Of a stretch of DNA of 64,000 nucleotides, positions 27,531 to 40,024 are shown one piece after another (positions within the stretch are counted from its first letter, which is position 1; each line of letters begins with the position of its first letter). The position numbers were made by a program, and so were the translations under genes. Under the pieces are notes generated by a model. The model did not search any database, had not been told where the DNA came from, and worked only from the letters and a program-made list of their open reading frames with translations. The DNA is taken from positions 43,586,001 through 43,650,000 of the forward strand of contig NC_043002.1 of the NCBI RefSeq assembly GCF_006345805.1, in the 5' to 3' direction. The DNA comes from Octopus sinensis (taxonomy: Eukaryota).

Positions 27531-28121
27531 TATGATTTATTTATTTATTTATTAGTTTATCTATTTACTTTTTAAAGATATTGGTTCACGGAGACTTTAT
27601 TTACCATACAATGACAAATGAAATTTGTTATGAGAAAGAGCAGTTGCTTGGCAGAAATAATAGTGTTGGATTCAATTTTTGATGTTATTAAGTTCTATTC
27701 TATCAATTCTATCAACCAAATTTAAATTCTGCCTGGTGATGGATGGTAGGATTTCTTTCCTGTCTATCAGAGTATGAAAATAGGAACCAATTTACACTGA
27801 AAACTTAATCAACTACAACTGTTAATCTAGATGGCCTATCTATGTATATTATGTTGTACATGAATGTATGTTATGTATGTATGCATGCTATTATTCAGTT
27901 TTATTCCGAGATTCCTTGTCAATAGAAAAAGAGTTGGTTTCAAACATAGATCCAAGGCTCCTTCACAGAAATTTCAACAACATCAACAGGATACATATGT
28001 ATGTGTGTATGCATGTAAGTATGAATGTATGTATGTATGTATGCATGTATGTATGCATGTATGCATGTATGTATGTATATGCATGTTTATATACATATAT
28101 GTATATATGTATATATATATA

Positions 28122-28180
<59 letters not shown>

Positions 28181-28299
28181 ATATATAACAGGAAGCTTTA
28201 TGAAAATAGACAAAAGACGAAGCCAGGTTACGGAAATAAACAAAAGACGAAGGCAGGTGGAATACAAACAAACAATTGTATTATATATATATTTCTTAG

Positions 28300-28671
28300 T
28301 TGGCACTCCGTCGGTTACAACGACAAGGGTCCCAGCTGATACGATCAACGGAACAGCCTGCTCATGAAATTAACGTGTAAGTGGCTGAGCAATCCATAGA
28401 CACGCATACCCTTAACGTGGTTTTTGGGAAGATTCAGCATGACACAGAGCGTGACAAAGTTAGTCCTTTGAAATACAACAGAAACAGGAAGAAAGAGTGA
28501 GAGTAAGTTGTGGTGAAAGAGTACAACAGAGTCCTCCACAACCTCCTGCCGGAACTTCATGGAGCTTTAGGTGTTTTGGTTCAATGAACACTCAAAACAC
28601 CCAGTCTGGGAATCAAAACTACAATCCTACAACTGCGAGTCCACTGCCCTAACCACTGGGCCATTGCACCT

Positions 28672-28672
<1 letters not shown>
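28300..28672 (-). mobile_element. tRNA-derived SINE family C
   Basis: Shares gaacagcctgct...aagtggctgagca...cccttaa with 7735-7985 and its head with 50940-51200. The tRNA-like head is at the right end. Confidence 0.65.
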
Positions 28673-28725
<53 letters not shown>

Positions 28726-28804
28726 GTATATACATATGTGTATATATATATATGTATATATATGTATATATATATGTATATATATATATATGTATATATA
28801 TATG

Positions 28805-28836
<32 letters not shown>

Positions 28837-28839
28837 TGT

Positions 28840-30180
28840 ATCATCATCATCATCATCATCATCGTTTAACGTCCGCTTTCCATGCTAGCATGGGTTGGAC
28901 GGTTCAACTGGGGTCTGGGGAGCCCGAAGGCTGCACCAGGCCAGTCAGATCTGGCAGTGTTTCTACAGCTTGATGCCCTTCCTAACGCCAACCACTCCGA
29001 GAGTGTAGTGGGTGATTTTATGTGCCACCGACACAGGTGCCAGATGAGGCTGGCGAACGGCCACGCTCGGATGGTGTTTTTTATGTGCCACCGACACAAG
29101 TGCCAGACAAGGCTGGCAGACGGCCACGCTCGGATGGTGTTTTTTATGTGCCACCGACACAGGTGTCAGACAAGGCTGGTGAACGGCCACGATTGGATGG
29201 TGTTTGTTACGTGCCCACAGCATGGAGGCCAGTCGATGCGGTACTGGCTATGGCCATGTTCGGATGGTTTTCTTATGTGCCACTGGCACTGGTACCACAA
29301 AGATACAAATTCCATTGATGTTCATCTATTTTGATTTGGTTTGATTTTCACTTGCCTCAACAGGTCTTCACAAGTGTCACAAGAAGGAAGGTATGCACAG
29401 GTGGACTGACTACGTCCCAGGTAGGGGCCACGGGTTATGGCCTCACTAGTCTTGCTGGGTCTTCTCACGCACAGCATACTTCCATAGGTCTCGGTCTCTA
29501 GTCATTTCATTGGTGAGACCTAAAGTTTGAAGGTCGTGCTTCACCACCTCGTCCCAGGTTTTCCTGGGTCTGCCTCTTCCACAGGTTCCCTCAACTGCTA
29601 GAGTGTAGCACTTTTGCACACAACTATCTTCAGCCATTCTCATCATATGACCATACCAACGCAGCCCTCTCTCCTGCACACCACAACTGATGCTTCTTAG
29701 GTTCAACTTTTCTCTCAAGGTGCTTATACTCTGTCGAGTATGAACACTGACATTACACATCCATTGGAACATACTGGCTTCATTTTTTGCGAGCTTACGC
29801 ATATCCTCAGCAGTCACGGCCCATGTTTCACTACCATGTAGCATGGCTGTACGTACACATGCATCATACAGTCTGCCTTTTACTCTGAGCGAGAGGCCTT
29901 TTGCCACCAGCAGGGGTAAGAGCTCTCTAAACTTTGCCCAGGCTATTCTTACTCTAGCCGTTACACTTTCAGCACACCCACCCCCGTGACTGACTTGGTC
30001 ACCTAGGTAGCAGAAGCTATCAACTACTTCTAGTTTGTCTCCCTGGAACGTGGAAGAAGTTGGTCTCTGCACATTTCCAGTGTTTATTGCTCCTGAGCAT
30101 CTGCCACAGACAAAAACTATTTTCCTAGTTAGCCTTCCTTTGACATTGCTGCACCTCTTATGTGTCCATAGCTTACACTA
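28840..30180 (-). mobile_element. 5'-truncated RTE/RTEX-like LINE with PHD-like Cys/His insert, long 3' UTR and (GAT)n tail
   Basis: ORF 29446..30072 has LEVVDSFCYLGD, LHGSETW, LRWYGH and GRGRPRKTW. Upstream it reads CKLWTHKRCSN...FVCGRC. The tail rc is catcatcatcgtttaacgtccgctttccatgc. Confidence 0.85.
29017..29295. repeat. 63-bp tandem minisatellite inside LINE 3' UTR (~4.5 units)
   Basis: tgtgccaccgacac occurs at 29021, 29084 and 29147, with degenerate units after that. Confidence 0.85.
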
Positions 30181-30389
30181 GATATATATATATATCATGA
30201 TGATGATCATCATCATCGTTTAACGTCCGCTTTCCATGCTAGCATGGGTTGGACGGTTCAACTGGGGTCTGGGGAGCCCGAAGGCTGCACCAGGCCAGTC
30301 AGATCTGGCAGTGGTTCTACAGCTGGATGCCCTTCCTAATGCCAACCACTCCGAGAGTGTAGTGGGTGATTTTATATGCCACCGGACAC

Positions 30390-30439
<50 letters not shown>

Positions 30440-30486
30440 GTATGTATATATATATGTATATATATATATGTATGTATATTTATATG

Positions 30487-30517
<31 letters not shown>

Positions 30518-31005
30518 GTATATTATATATATATGTATATATATATATATATATTATATATATATATACAAATTGAGATAGGGGTTGTAAATGCAACCCT
30601 CTATGGGATAACATATATCCAATATACTGCTAGTGAAGTACCCAACAAAGTTAATACATAAATGTTAATGATTGCAATGCAATCAATTCATTTACTGTAT
30701 TATATGGGCAAAGGTAAAATTTATTTACCACAAATTACTAATACAAGATAAGAAAATGGAGAAATACATCTAAATCAAATATCAATTACCAGATAATACT
30801 CAATCACATACTTTATTAAACCACCACATAAGAGACTGTAGGGTTAAATATAAAAAGCAGAACAAATCAGTGTACATAAAGGAATGTACATAAAAAAGTG
30901 TACATAAAAGAGTAATGTTGTATAATAAGTAGAATATATATAAAAGAGAATATAAATACAAGTAAATATAAATATAAGTATAAATTTCTCCATTTTCTTA
31001 TCTTG

Positions 31006-31039
<34 letters not shown>

Positions 31040-31363
31040 ATATATAATATATATATGTATGTATATATGTATATATATATTATATATACATGTGTGTATA
31101 TCATCATCGTCGTTTAACGTCCGTTCTCCATGCTAGCATGGGTTGGACGGTTCGACCGGGGTTCTGGGAAGCCAGAAGGCTGCACCAGGCTCCAGTCTAA
31201 TTTGGCAATGTTTCTACAGCTGGATGCCCTTCCTAACGCCAACCACTCCGTGAGTGTAGTGGGTGCTTTTTACGTGCCACCTGCACAGTATTATATATAT
31301 ATGTATATATATGTATATATATGCATATATGTATATATATATGATGATGATGATGTATATATG

Positions 31364-31394
<31 letters not shown>

Positions 31395-31617
31395 GTATAT
31401 ATATATATGTATATATATGTATATATATATGTATATATATGTATATATATGTATATATATGTATATATATGTATATGTATATATATATGTATATATGTAT
31501 ATATGTATATATATATATAATGGGAAGCTTTATGAAAATAGACAAAAGACGAAGGCAGGTGGAAAACAAATGAACAATTGTATTAGTATGGCGCTCAGGA
31601 AATATAAATAAAACAAG

Positions 31618-31655
31618 TCTTTAACGTTTCGAGCCTACGCTCTTCAACAGAAAGA
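31618..31655 (-). ncRNA. Minimal hammerhead-like variant (CUGUUGA core)
   Basis: rc: TCTTT-CTGTTGA-A-GAGC-GTAG-GCTC-GAAAC-GTT-AAAGA. Stems I and II are perfect, A6->U, and stem III is a loopless palindrome. Confidence 0.5.
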
Positions 31656-31980
31656 TACACAGAGAGAAAAAAAACACAGAAAGAAGGAGAGAAAAAAATG
31701 CGTGCAGTAGCTAACGAATCAACATGGCGATCTGATTTCGGCCAGAGGTCAAAGATCAAACATGAGACGCGAGAGCGAAATAAGGGGAGATAATAGGGTT
31801 GATAATAGGGTTGAAGGACCAGCTAATAGTGCGTAGGAGGGGTCTGGACGTGTGTATGTATAGGGTTGGTGTATGTATTAGTATGTATAAGGGTTATGTA
31901 TGTATATATGTATTGAAATTGATTAATAACTAATTAATTTTACCCTCAATTGTTGATATATGTATGTATGTATATATATG

Positions 31981-32049
<69 letters not shown>

Positions 32050-32197
32050 CAGCCTAAATATTGATACATGTATGTATATATGTGTATATGTATGTAGAAT
32101 GTAATATATATGTATATATATATGTATATATATATATATATATATAGATAGATAGATAAGAAAGTTGGTTTGTGAAAGCACGTGGGTGAATATATAG

Positions 32198-32386
32198 AAA
32201 ATAGTAAAGAGTGAAAAAACAACAGAAGGCTTAAATGTTAAAAAATATATATATTTGCGTTAATATGTCTGAAGAATATTAGAAATTTTTTTTTTAAATT
32301 TTCTAATATTCTTCAGACATATTGACGCAAATATATATATTTTTTAACATTTAAGCCTTCTGTCGTTTTTTCACTCTTTACTATTT

Positions 32387-32388
<2 letters not shown>
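32198..32388. repeat. Fold-back inverted repeat (~88-bp arms) ending in (TA)n
   Basis: aaaatagtaaagagtgaaaaaac...ctgaagaatattagaaa / tttctaatattcttcag...gttttttcactctttactatttt, with 2-3 mismatches. Confidence 0.92.
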
Positions 32389-32441
<53 letters not shown>

Positions 32442-32691
32442 ATGTATATATGTATATATATATATATTATGTATATATATATATATATATCTATATATAT
32501 ATACTACATTGGCATTAGGAAGGGCATCCAGCTGTAGAAACCCTGCCAGATCAGATTGGAGCCTGGTGCAGCCATCTCATTTGCCAGTCCTCAGTCAAAT
32601 AGTCCAACCCATGCTAGCATGGAGAGTGGACATTAAACGATGATGATGACGATGATGAGGATGATGATGATGATATACATACATACATACA

Positions 32692-32722
<31 letters not shown>

Positions 32723-32740
32723 GATGACGATGATAATAAT

Positions 32741-35110
32741 CTAGTTATCAACCAACTTTTAAAGAAAAAGCATGCTCTTCATGAAAAGCTTCTGGGAGAG
32801 TGCGATACACATTTAACTGCTATTAAAAAGACATATAAAGAATATAAAGCCACCTTACAACACGAGCTGAGAAGGCTTGAAAATAAGTGGTAGTTGAAGA
32901 TCTCTGATGATATTCAAAGTGCTTATAACACAAAAGATTTAAAATTGTTCTATAGTCTTTTGCATGTAGTATATGGTCCAGCAACTTTGTCTATTGTTCC
33001 CATTAGTTCCAAAGACAATACTGCCATCATCAAGGAATCAGAGAAAATCCTTAAAAGTTGGCAAGAACATTTTACTGATTTATTTGATAATTCATCATCA
33101 GTTGATCACAATGTGCAAGATGGCATCACCCAATGTGTTGTAAATTTCAAAATGAATTGATTACCAAATTATAATGAGGTTAAAATGGCCATCAACCAGT
33201 TAAACACAGGTAAGGTACCTGGATCAGATGAAATTCCAGTGGAACTGTTAAAGGTTGGTAATAAAAACATAACACAAACAATACTTCATCTCATCACACA
33301 GTGCTGGGATGGAACTCCTATACCACAAGATTGGGTAGATGGTATCTTGGTGGCCTAGTTTAAAGGTAAGTGGGATAAAGGAACTACTGTGGCATCACTC
33401 TTTTGGAGTCAGTGGATAAAGTTCTTGATAGATTATTGTTGAACAGGTTGATGGAGGACATTTGTCCTACAGTAAGTAATCTCTGAATCACAAAGTGGCT
33501 TTAGATCTGGCAGAGGGATGATTGATATAATCTTCTCAGCAAGGCAGATTCAGGAGAAATGCATTGAGCAGTGGGTTACTCTGCATCAGGTCTTTGTTGA
33601 TCTGACAAAGGTCTTTGATGTGGTGAATAGAGGTGCACTGGGGAAAATAGGGTGCCCACCAAAGTTTATTGATATGTTCATTTGACTGCACAGAAATATG
33701 AAGGCTCAGGTTGTTTTGAATGGAAAACTGTCCAATGAAATCCCAATTGGTAATGGCGTGAGGCAGGAAGATATCCTGGCTCCCACACTGTACTCAGTAT
33801 TTTTTGCTGTGATGCTGACTTATACATTGCAGGACTGTGCAAAGGGTATTCTATCGCTAATTAGAACTACAGGAAGGATCTTTGACCTAAAAAGGTTCGA
33901 TTTTAAATCCAAAGTGTTCCAAATATTAATTAGAGAACTTGTGTATGCAGACAATATTGACTTTTTGGCTCATTCTCAGGATGAGAGGCAACACATCATG
34001 GATTGTTTTGCAGCATCTTGTAATGCCTTCAGCATGAAAGTTAATTTAAAAAAGACCAAGGTAATGTTCACCCCATCACCAAGGAAACCATATATTGAGC
34101 CAAATATAATGGTGCATGGAACTAGATTGGGTGTAGCTGACACTTTTCTTTATTAGGGTAGAACATTATCAAGGGATGGTTGACTGGATGCTGAAATACA
34201 CCTGTGCATTCAGAAGGCCTCTGTAGCCTTTGAGAAACTTAAAAAGAGGGTGTAGGCAGATCAAGGCATCAGTATCAACACCAAGATTTATGTGTACAAG
34301 GCCTGCATTCTAAGTGCTTTGTTGTACTCTTCAGAAACATGAACAGTACATGGTAAGCACCTTAATTAGCTTGAACACTTTAACCAAGTTTTTAAGAAGA
34401 ATCCTAAACATCAAATGACAACAGAAAATACCTGACACACAAATCTTTATAGATGCTGGTTGCACGAGCATTGAATCTACCATCATATTGTCTCAAATGC
34501 ATTGAGTAGGCCATGATGAGCGCATGAATGAGGAAAGACTCCCAACACAAATATTTTGCTGTCAATTGCATACTGGGAAATGCCCTCAGCACAAACCAAA
34601 AAAAAAAAGATATAAATATTGCATAAAAAACAACCTTAAATGTTTTAAGCTTGAAGATCAGAACTGGGAAGTGCTTGCTTTAAAGATGGGTAAATGGAAA
34701 GGATATGTGAAGGTAGGCTGCAGAATGTTTGAAGAGAGACATTTTGATCATGAAAAACTCCAGCTTCGAGAAGGCCACCGTATGAACATCAATAAGAACA
34801 TAGTGAGCTGGATTTGTGAGATGCGTGGTCGTTTACTGCTCTATAAATCTGAGTACATCACTCATTTAAAATTACATAAAAAGCTAGGTGAGCCAACATG
34901 TGTAGTGTGCAAAAAGATCTGCAAATCAATACCTGGTCTTAAAAGGGCACATCTTTTGTCTGTCACATTTGCTGCAGACTGCAAATCTAACGCTGGACTT
35001 AAAAGCCACCTGAGGGATCATGGGTGGATGTTTTGAGCAGATGATGGTTGATGGGGGTACATAGGGAAATGGCAATCATCTGCAAAGATGAAGCAATCAT
35101 CATCATCATA
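32741..35110 (+). mobile_element. Degraded 5'-truncated RTE-clade LINE
   Basis: Fragments ESQSGFRSGRGMIDIIF, FVDLTK, GVRQEDILAPTL, LVYADNID and LLYSSET, C-terminal C2H2-like motifs (CVVCKKICKS; KSNAGLKSHLRDH) and a (CAT)n tail. Confidence 0.88.
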
Positions 35111-36544
35111 TATATATATATACAAAGTCAACTTAGCCTTCCATCCTTTCAGGATTGATTAAATAAGTACCAGTTATGCACTGGGAGTGTAATGTAATTG
35201 ACTTACCCCTCCTACAAAATTTCAGGCCTTGTGTCTCTAGTACAAAGGATATATACATAAGTATATACTGAGAGAAAGAGAGAGAGAGTGTGTGTGTGTG
35301 TGTGTGTATTCAAGAACCATGAAAACAAAGACATATGGAGCAGAACACAATCAAGTAGCTAAATATGATGGGTACCAGTTCATATCTCCATAACCACTAT
35401 GTCATATAAGGGTCATTTAATTCTAAATACCACAGATCATTTTATCCCTTTTCTTCACTTTGTACCAATTGATGCAAATTGCTTTGAGACTGAAGAAGCC
35501 CAGAAGAAAACCCTTAAAGTAAAATGGTAAAATAGTAAAATGTAATAAAGACTTTCTCACCTCTATGTATGTATATATATATATATTTTTTAGATTTATT
35601 TATCTTCATAGAATTCAAACTGGTCCCTAACAAAGAGGGTAGGCTTTCTGTCTAGTTCAAAGCAATTTCAAGGATTTTGTTGAGAAGCATGCTTTGGAAG
35701 AAATTGGTTTCAGGTTCAATTTCACTGCATGTCACTTTGGGCAAGCATCTTCTACTATAGCCCTGAGCCAAACAATGCCTTGTAGGTGAATTTGGTTGAT
35801 AGAAACTGAAGACATCTGGTGTGTGTATGAGTGTGTATGTGTGTGCGTGCGTTTGTATTTGCTTTTTATGGTGTATTTGTCCCCTACCACCACTTGGCAA
35901 CTAGTGTTGGCATATTTACATTCATATACCTTAACAATTCAACAAAAGAGACCAATAGAATAGGTACCAGACTTAAAATGAAGTCAATTTGTTTGACTTG
36001 TGTTGACTTCTAGATTAGTCAGTTTGACCATCTAAGCCCTTGAAAGTAGTGCCACAGCATGGCTACAGCCCAGTGACTGTAACAAGTAAAACTTAAAACA
36101 TAAAAGACGCAAATTAATATGTACATATATGTAAATGTGAGAAGACACATGACTTAGTGGTTAGGGTGCTGCACTCACAACTGTGAGATTGTGGTTTCAA
36201 TTCCTGGACCAGGTGTTCTTGAGCTAAATATTTCATTTCATGTGTTACTCTGTGATCACTTTGACACCTGAAATGTGGTACACCATGCACCTGTTCAGGT
36301 AGTGTTGATTCAATGGAAAGAATGAGCTAATGTACAGCATAAACTTTTTTTTTAAATTTGTTTCAGTCATTTGACTGCGGCCATGGTAGATACCACCTTT
36401 AGTCGAGTAAATCAACCCTAGGACTTATTCTTTGTAAGCCTAGTACTTGTTCTATCGGTCTCTTCTGTCAAATCACTAAGTTACGGGGACATAAACACAC
36501 CACCATCGGTTGTCAAGTGATGTTGGGGGGACAAACACAGCCAT

Positions 36545-36605
<61 letters not shown>

Positions 36606-37229
36606 CGCACATACATATATACGACAGGCTCATTTCAGTTTACATCTACCAAATCCACGCACAAGGCTTTGGTTAGCCCAAGGCTATAGTAGAAGACACT
36701 TGCCCAAGGTTTCATGCAGTGGGACTGAACCCGTAACCATTCGGTTGGTAAGCTAGCTTACTATAAATGAATCATTTGTGCAGGTTGTTCATCAAGAAAT
36801 TGCTGAATCATTTTTCTCAGACTACAAGAAACTACCATGGAAAGATATCTACTCTCATGTAATAGTCTGCAATTCTCTTTGGAATATGAAAGTGTGCAAT
36901 TATTCTTTATGTGTGTGTGCATTTGCTATGTACACATAGGTTGTTCGGTGAGTGTGTTTTGGCTTTTTTTTTTTTTAGAAAATCCAATTGAAAATATTTC
37001 AAAAGTTTTACAAATCTTCACATTACCACAGGTCAAAGATTGATTACTTCTCTTACCTTGTTACAGTCATCAGACTGTAGCCATGCTGGGGCACCACCTT
37101 GCAGAATTTGTAGTTGAGCTAACTGACATTTATTTTATGGCATTCTTTTGCTGAGCCACTAAGTTACAAGGATGCAAACACTGGGTTGCCAAGTGATAGA
37201 GGGGTAAAAATACAAACACACACATGCAT

Positions 37230-37276
<47 letters not shown>

Positions 37277-37491
37277 TATATACATACACACACATGTGCA
37301 ACAGGATTCTTTCAGTTTCCATCTACCAATATACTCACAAGACTTTGGTTGGCCTGAAGCTTTAGTAGAAGACACTTGCCGAAGGTGCTATGCAGTGGGA
37401 GTGAACCAAGAACCATGCAATTGGGATTGCAAATTTCTTACAACACAGCAACGCCTGCACCTATATATATATATATATGTATGTATGTATG

Positions 37492-37536
<45 letters not shown>

Positions 37537-37671
37537 AAATAGGGTAACAATAATAAATTATTATTACCAGTGGCCTAGCACAAAAGACGAATTAGTCATT
37601 AGACTATATATTATTCATATAGAAATACAATAAAAGGAATGAAAATTAAAAACATTTACCATCTCAGCTAT

Positions 37672-37749
37672 ATCCCAGACCGACGGTTTCTACCTATTTT
37701 TAGCAAACAAACAAAATATATTTGCCAAGGCCAGGTTCTTCAGTGGGAT
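37672..37749 (-). ncRNA. Type I hammerhead ribozyme, apparently intact
   Basis: rc: ATCCCA-CTGAAGA-ACCT-(ttggcaaa...tttgctaa hairpin)-AGGT-A-GAAAC-CGTCG-GTC-TGGGAT. Stem I is a perfect 6 bp, the core is canonical and the triplet is GUC. Confidence 0.8.
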
Positions 37750-37789
37750 GCCTTCATCATACTGATGCACAGTATTGTACATTTTATTG

Positions 37790-37832
<43 letters not shown>

Positions 37833-38439
37833 GTTCATGATGGGCTTCTTTCAGTTTCCATTCATCAAATCCATTCACAAGGCTTTGGTCAGCCCAAGGC
37901 TATAGAAGAAGAAGACACTTGCCCAAGGTGCCAAGCACTGAGACTGAACCCAGAACAATGTGGCTAGGAAGCAAACCTCTAACTACACAGCTATGCCTGC
38001 ACCCTCTCATTTTTGCTTTCCGTTTTTTTTTTTCTTTAGGAAAACATTAGCGAAGCTGTTGGTTTATAGCCCAGTGCATCTCTGATAACTGTTACAAATG
38101 AAAATCTATTACCTGAATTCAACAGCTGTAAGTTCCAAATTAACACATCATAAATGTTCCTTTTTTTCCCACAAATTTCAATAAAACATTTACTTCAAAT
38201 GGGCAGCTGATTTATATAAAAGTGCATGACTATTGTCCCCCAAACCTGAGAATAATGGTGTCTGTATACAACAGCTGTTTTTTTTTTATTGGCATACTTT
38301 GCCAGTATTCTTAATGTTTAAACATATTGATACGTTCTAATTCTCAGTGCAATTAATCCAATTTTCCAACATGAATGCATATATGTATACATATTTGCAT
38401 GTGTGCATACAAATGGGTGGGTGAATTCATGCATACATA

Positions 38440-38481
<42 letters not shown>

Positions 38482-39027
38482 TCCTGGTCTGGGCTATGTG
38501 TTACGCTCTTGATAAAGACATTTTATTTCATGTTGCTCCAGTTCACTCAGCGGTAGTCACTGGTGCTTTTAGTCAAGCAAATCGTCCCCAGGACTTATTC
38601 TTTGTAAGAAGCCTAGTACTTATTCTATCAGCTCTTTTGCCAAACCGCTAAGTTACGGGGACGTAAATACACCAGCATCAGTTGTCAAGTGATGTTGGGG
38701 GCACAATCACAGACACACAAATATATACACACATATACATATACATACATATATATACATATATACAACGGGCTTCTTTCAGTTTCCGCCTACCAAATCC
38801 ACTCACAAGGCTTTGGTAGGCCTGAGGCGATAGTAGAAAACACTTGCCCAGGGTGCCATGCAGTGGGACTGAACCTGGAACCATGTGGTTGGTAAGCAAG
38901 CTACTTACCACACAGCCACTCCTATGCCTATATATATATATATATAGATACGTTGGTGTAAAGAGGTAAAATAGAACCCAAAATATGAGTATGTGTATAT
39001 TTTTATTAATATGTAGCAGAAGTAACA

Positions 39028-39099
39028 GCATGACTCAAGGTCTGAGAGTTTCATGTGTTGCCACTTGGCAACACACAAAACTCTCAAATCTTCAGATAC
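39028..39099 (-). ncRNA. Hammerhead-like motif with insertion after core
   Basis: rc: gtat-CTGAAGA-tttgagagtttt-GTGTGTTGCCA-ag-TGGCAACACAT-GAAACTC-tcagacctt-GAGTC-atgc. Confidence 0.5.
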
Positions 39100-39807
39100 A
39101 ATTAATTAAAATATTTAAAACTAATATATATATATAATACATAATATACATTAAGTGAAAACTAAATACTATAATTTCTTGGCCTTCCCTTCATTCTCAT
39201 CACTTTCCCTCCTCTTTTACCTCCCTTGTACCTTTCTCTATGTCTCTTTCCTTTCTTTTCTTCACTTTCTTGTCCCTCCCTAATTCTTCAATCTCTCTAC
39301 CCCTACCTCTCTCCTCTTCTTCCACGTGACCGGTGCTCTGCTAAGCCTGGCCTTTCTTTCTTGGTTCAACTTCTATCTGTGTAGCATCTTTTATATTCCT
39401 TCCCATGACTTTCATCTCTTATGTTCCTGCTGTAAGGTTTCACTCTACACACGCCAGCTTAATTAAATTCGTCCTTAGTTGAAAGACACCTGTTTTTAAT
39501 GTCTTGTTGTTTATATTTGTAATTGTGTACCATGTCTCCATTTTTTTGCCCTTGTTTTCGTACACATTTGCCTGCTTTCTTCCAAAGAATCTAGTGCTCT
39601 TAGCTTAGATTTTCTTGGGACCGGCCAGATTGGAGCAGTCTCGAGTGTAACCGGACAAAACTGCAGGGATGATCTGGAACTCGACTAACGATAGAAAGCT
39701 CTGAATGATCTATCCTTGTTTTTTCCTGCCTTTCTTTGTATGGTCTAATTGTTTTGTTGTCGCCTGTTATGTTCTTGTTCCATTTTTTGTTTTCATTTTT
39801 ATTTTCA

Positions 39808-39851
<44 letters not shown>

Positions 39852-39923
39852 AATATATTGAAGTGTATGTGTGTGTTGCAGACTTCCAAACATAGAAACA
39901 CAGTCATTTATTTACATATAACA

Positions 39924-40024
<101 letters not shown>

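Noticed and set aside
29017-29295. Regularly spaced repeats resembling a CRISPR array or a repeat protein
   Set aside because: Whole 63-bp units repeat with no unique spacers, inside a eukaryotic LINE 3' UTR, and no cas genes are present.
35488-35515. CTGAAGA...GAAA motif
   Set aside because: No stem I or III pairing and no NUH triplet in place.
39680-39710. Hammerhead-like ctaacga-ta-gaaa in the 39.2-39.8 kb repeat
   Set aside because: The core is too degenerate and the stems are not demonstrable from this copy.
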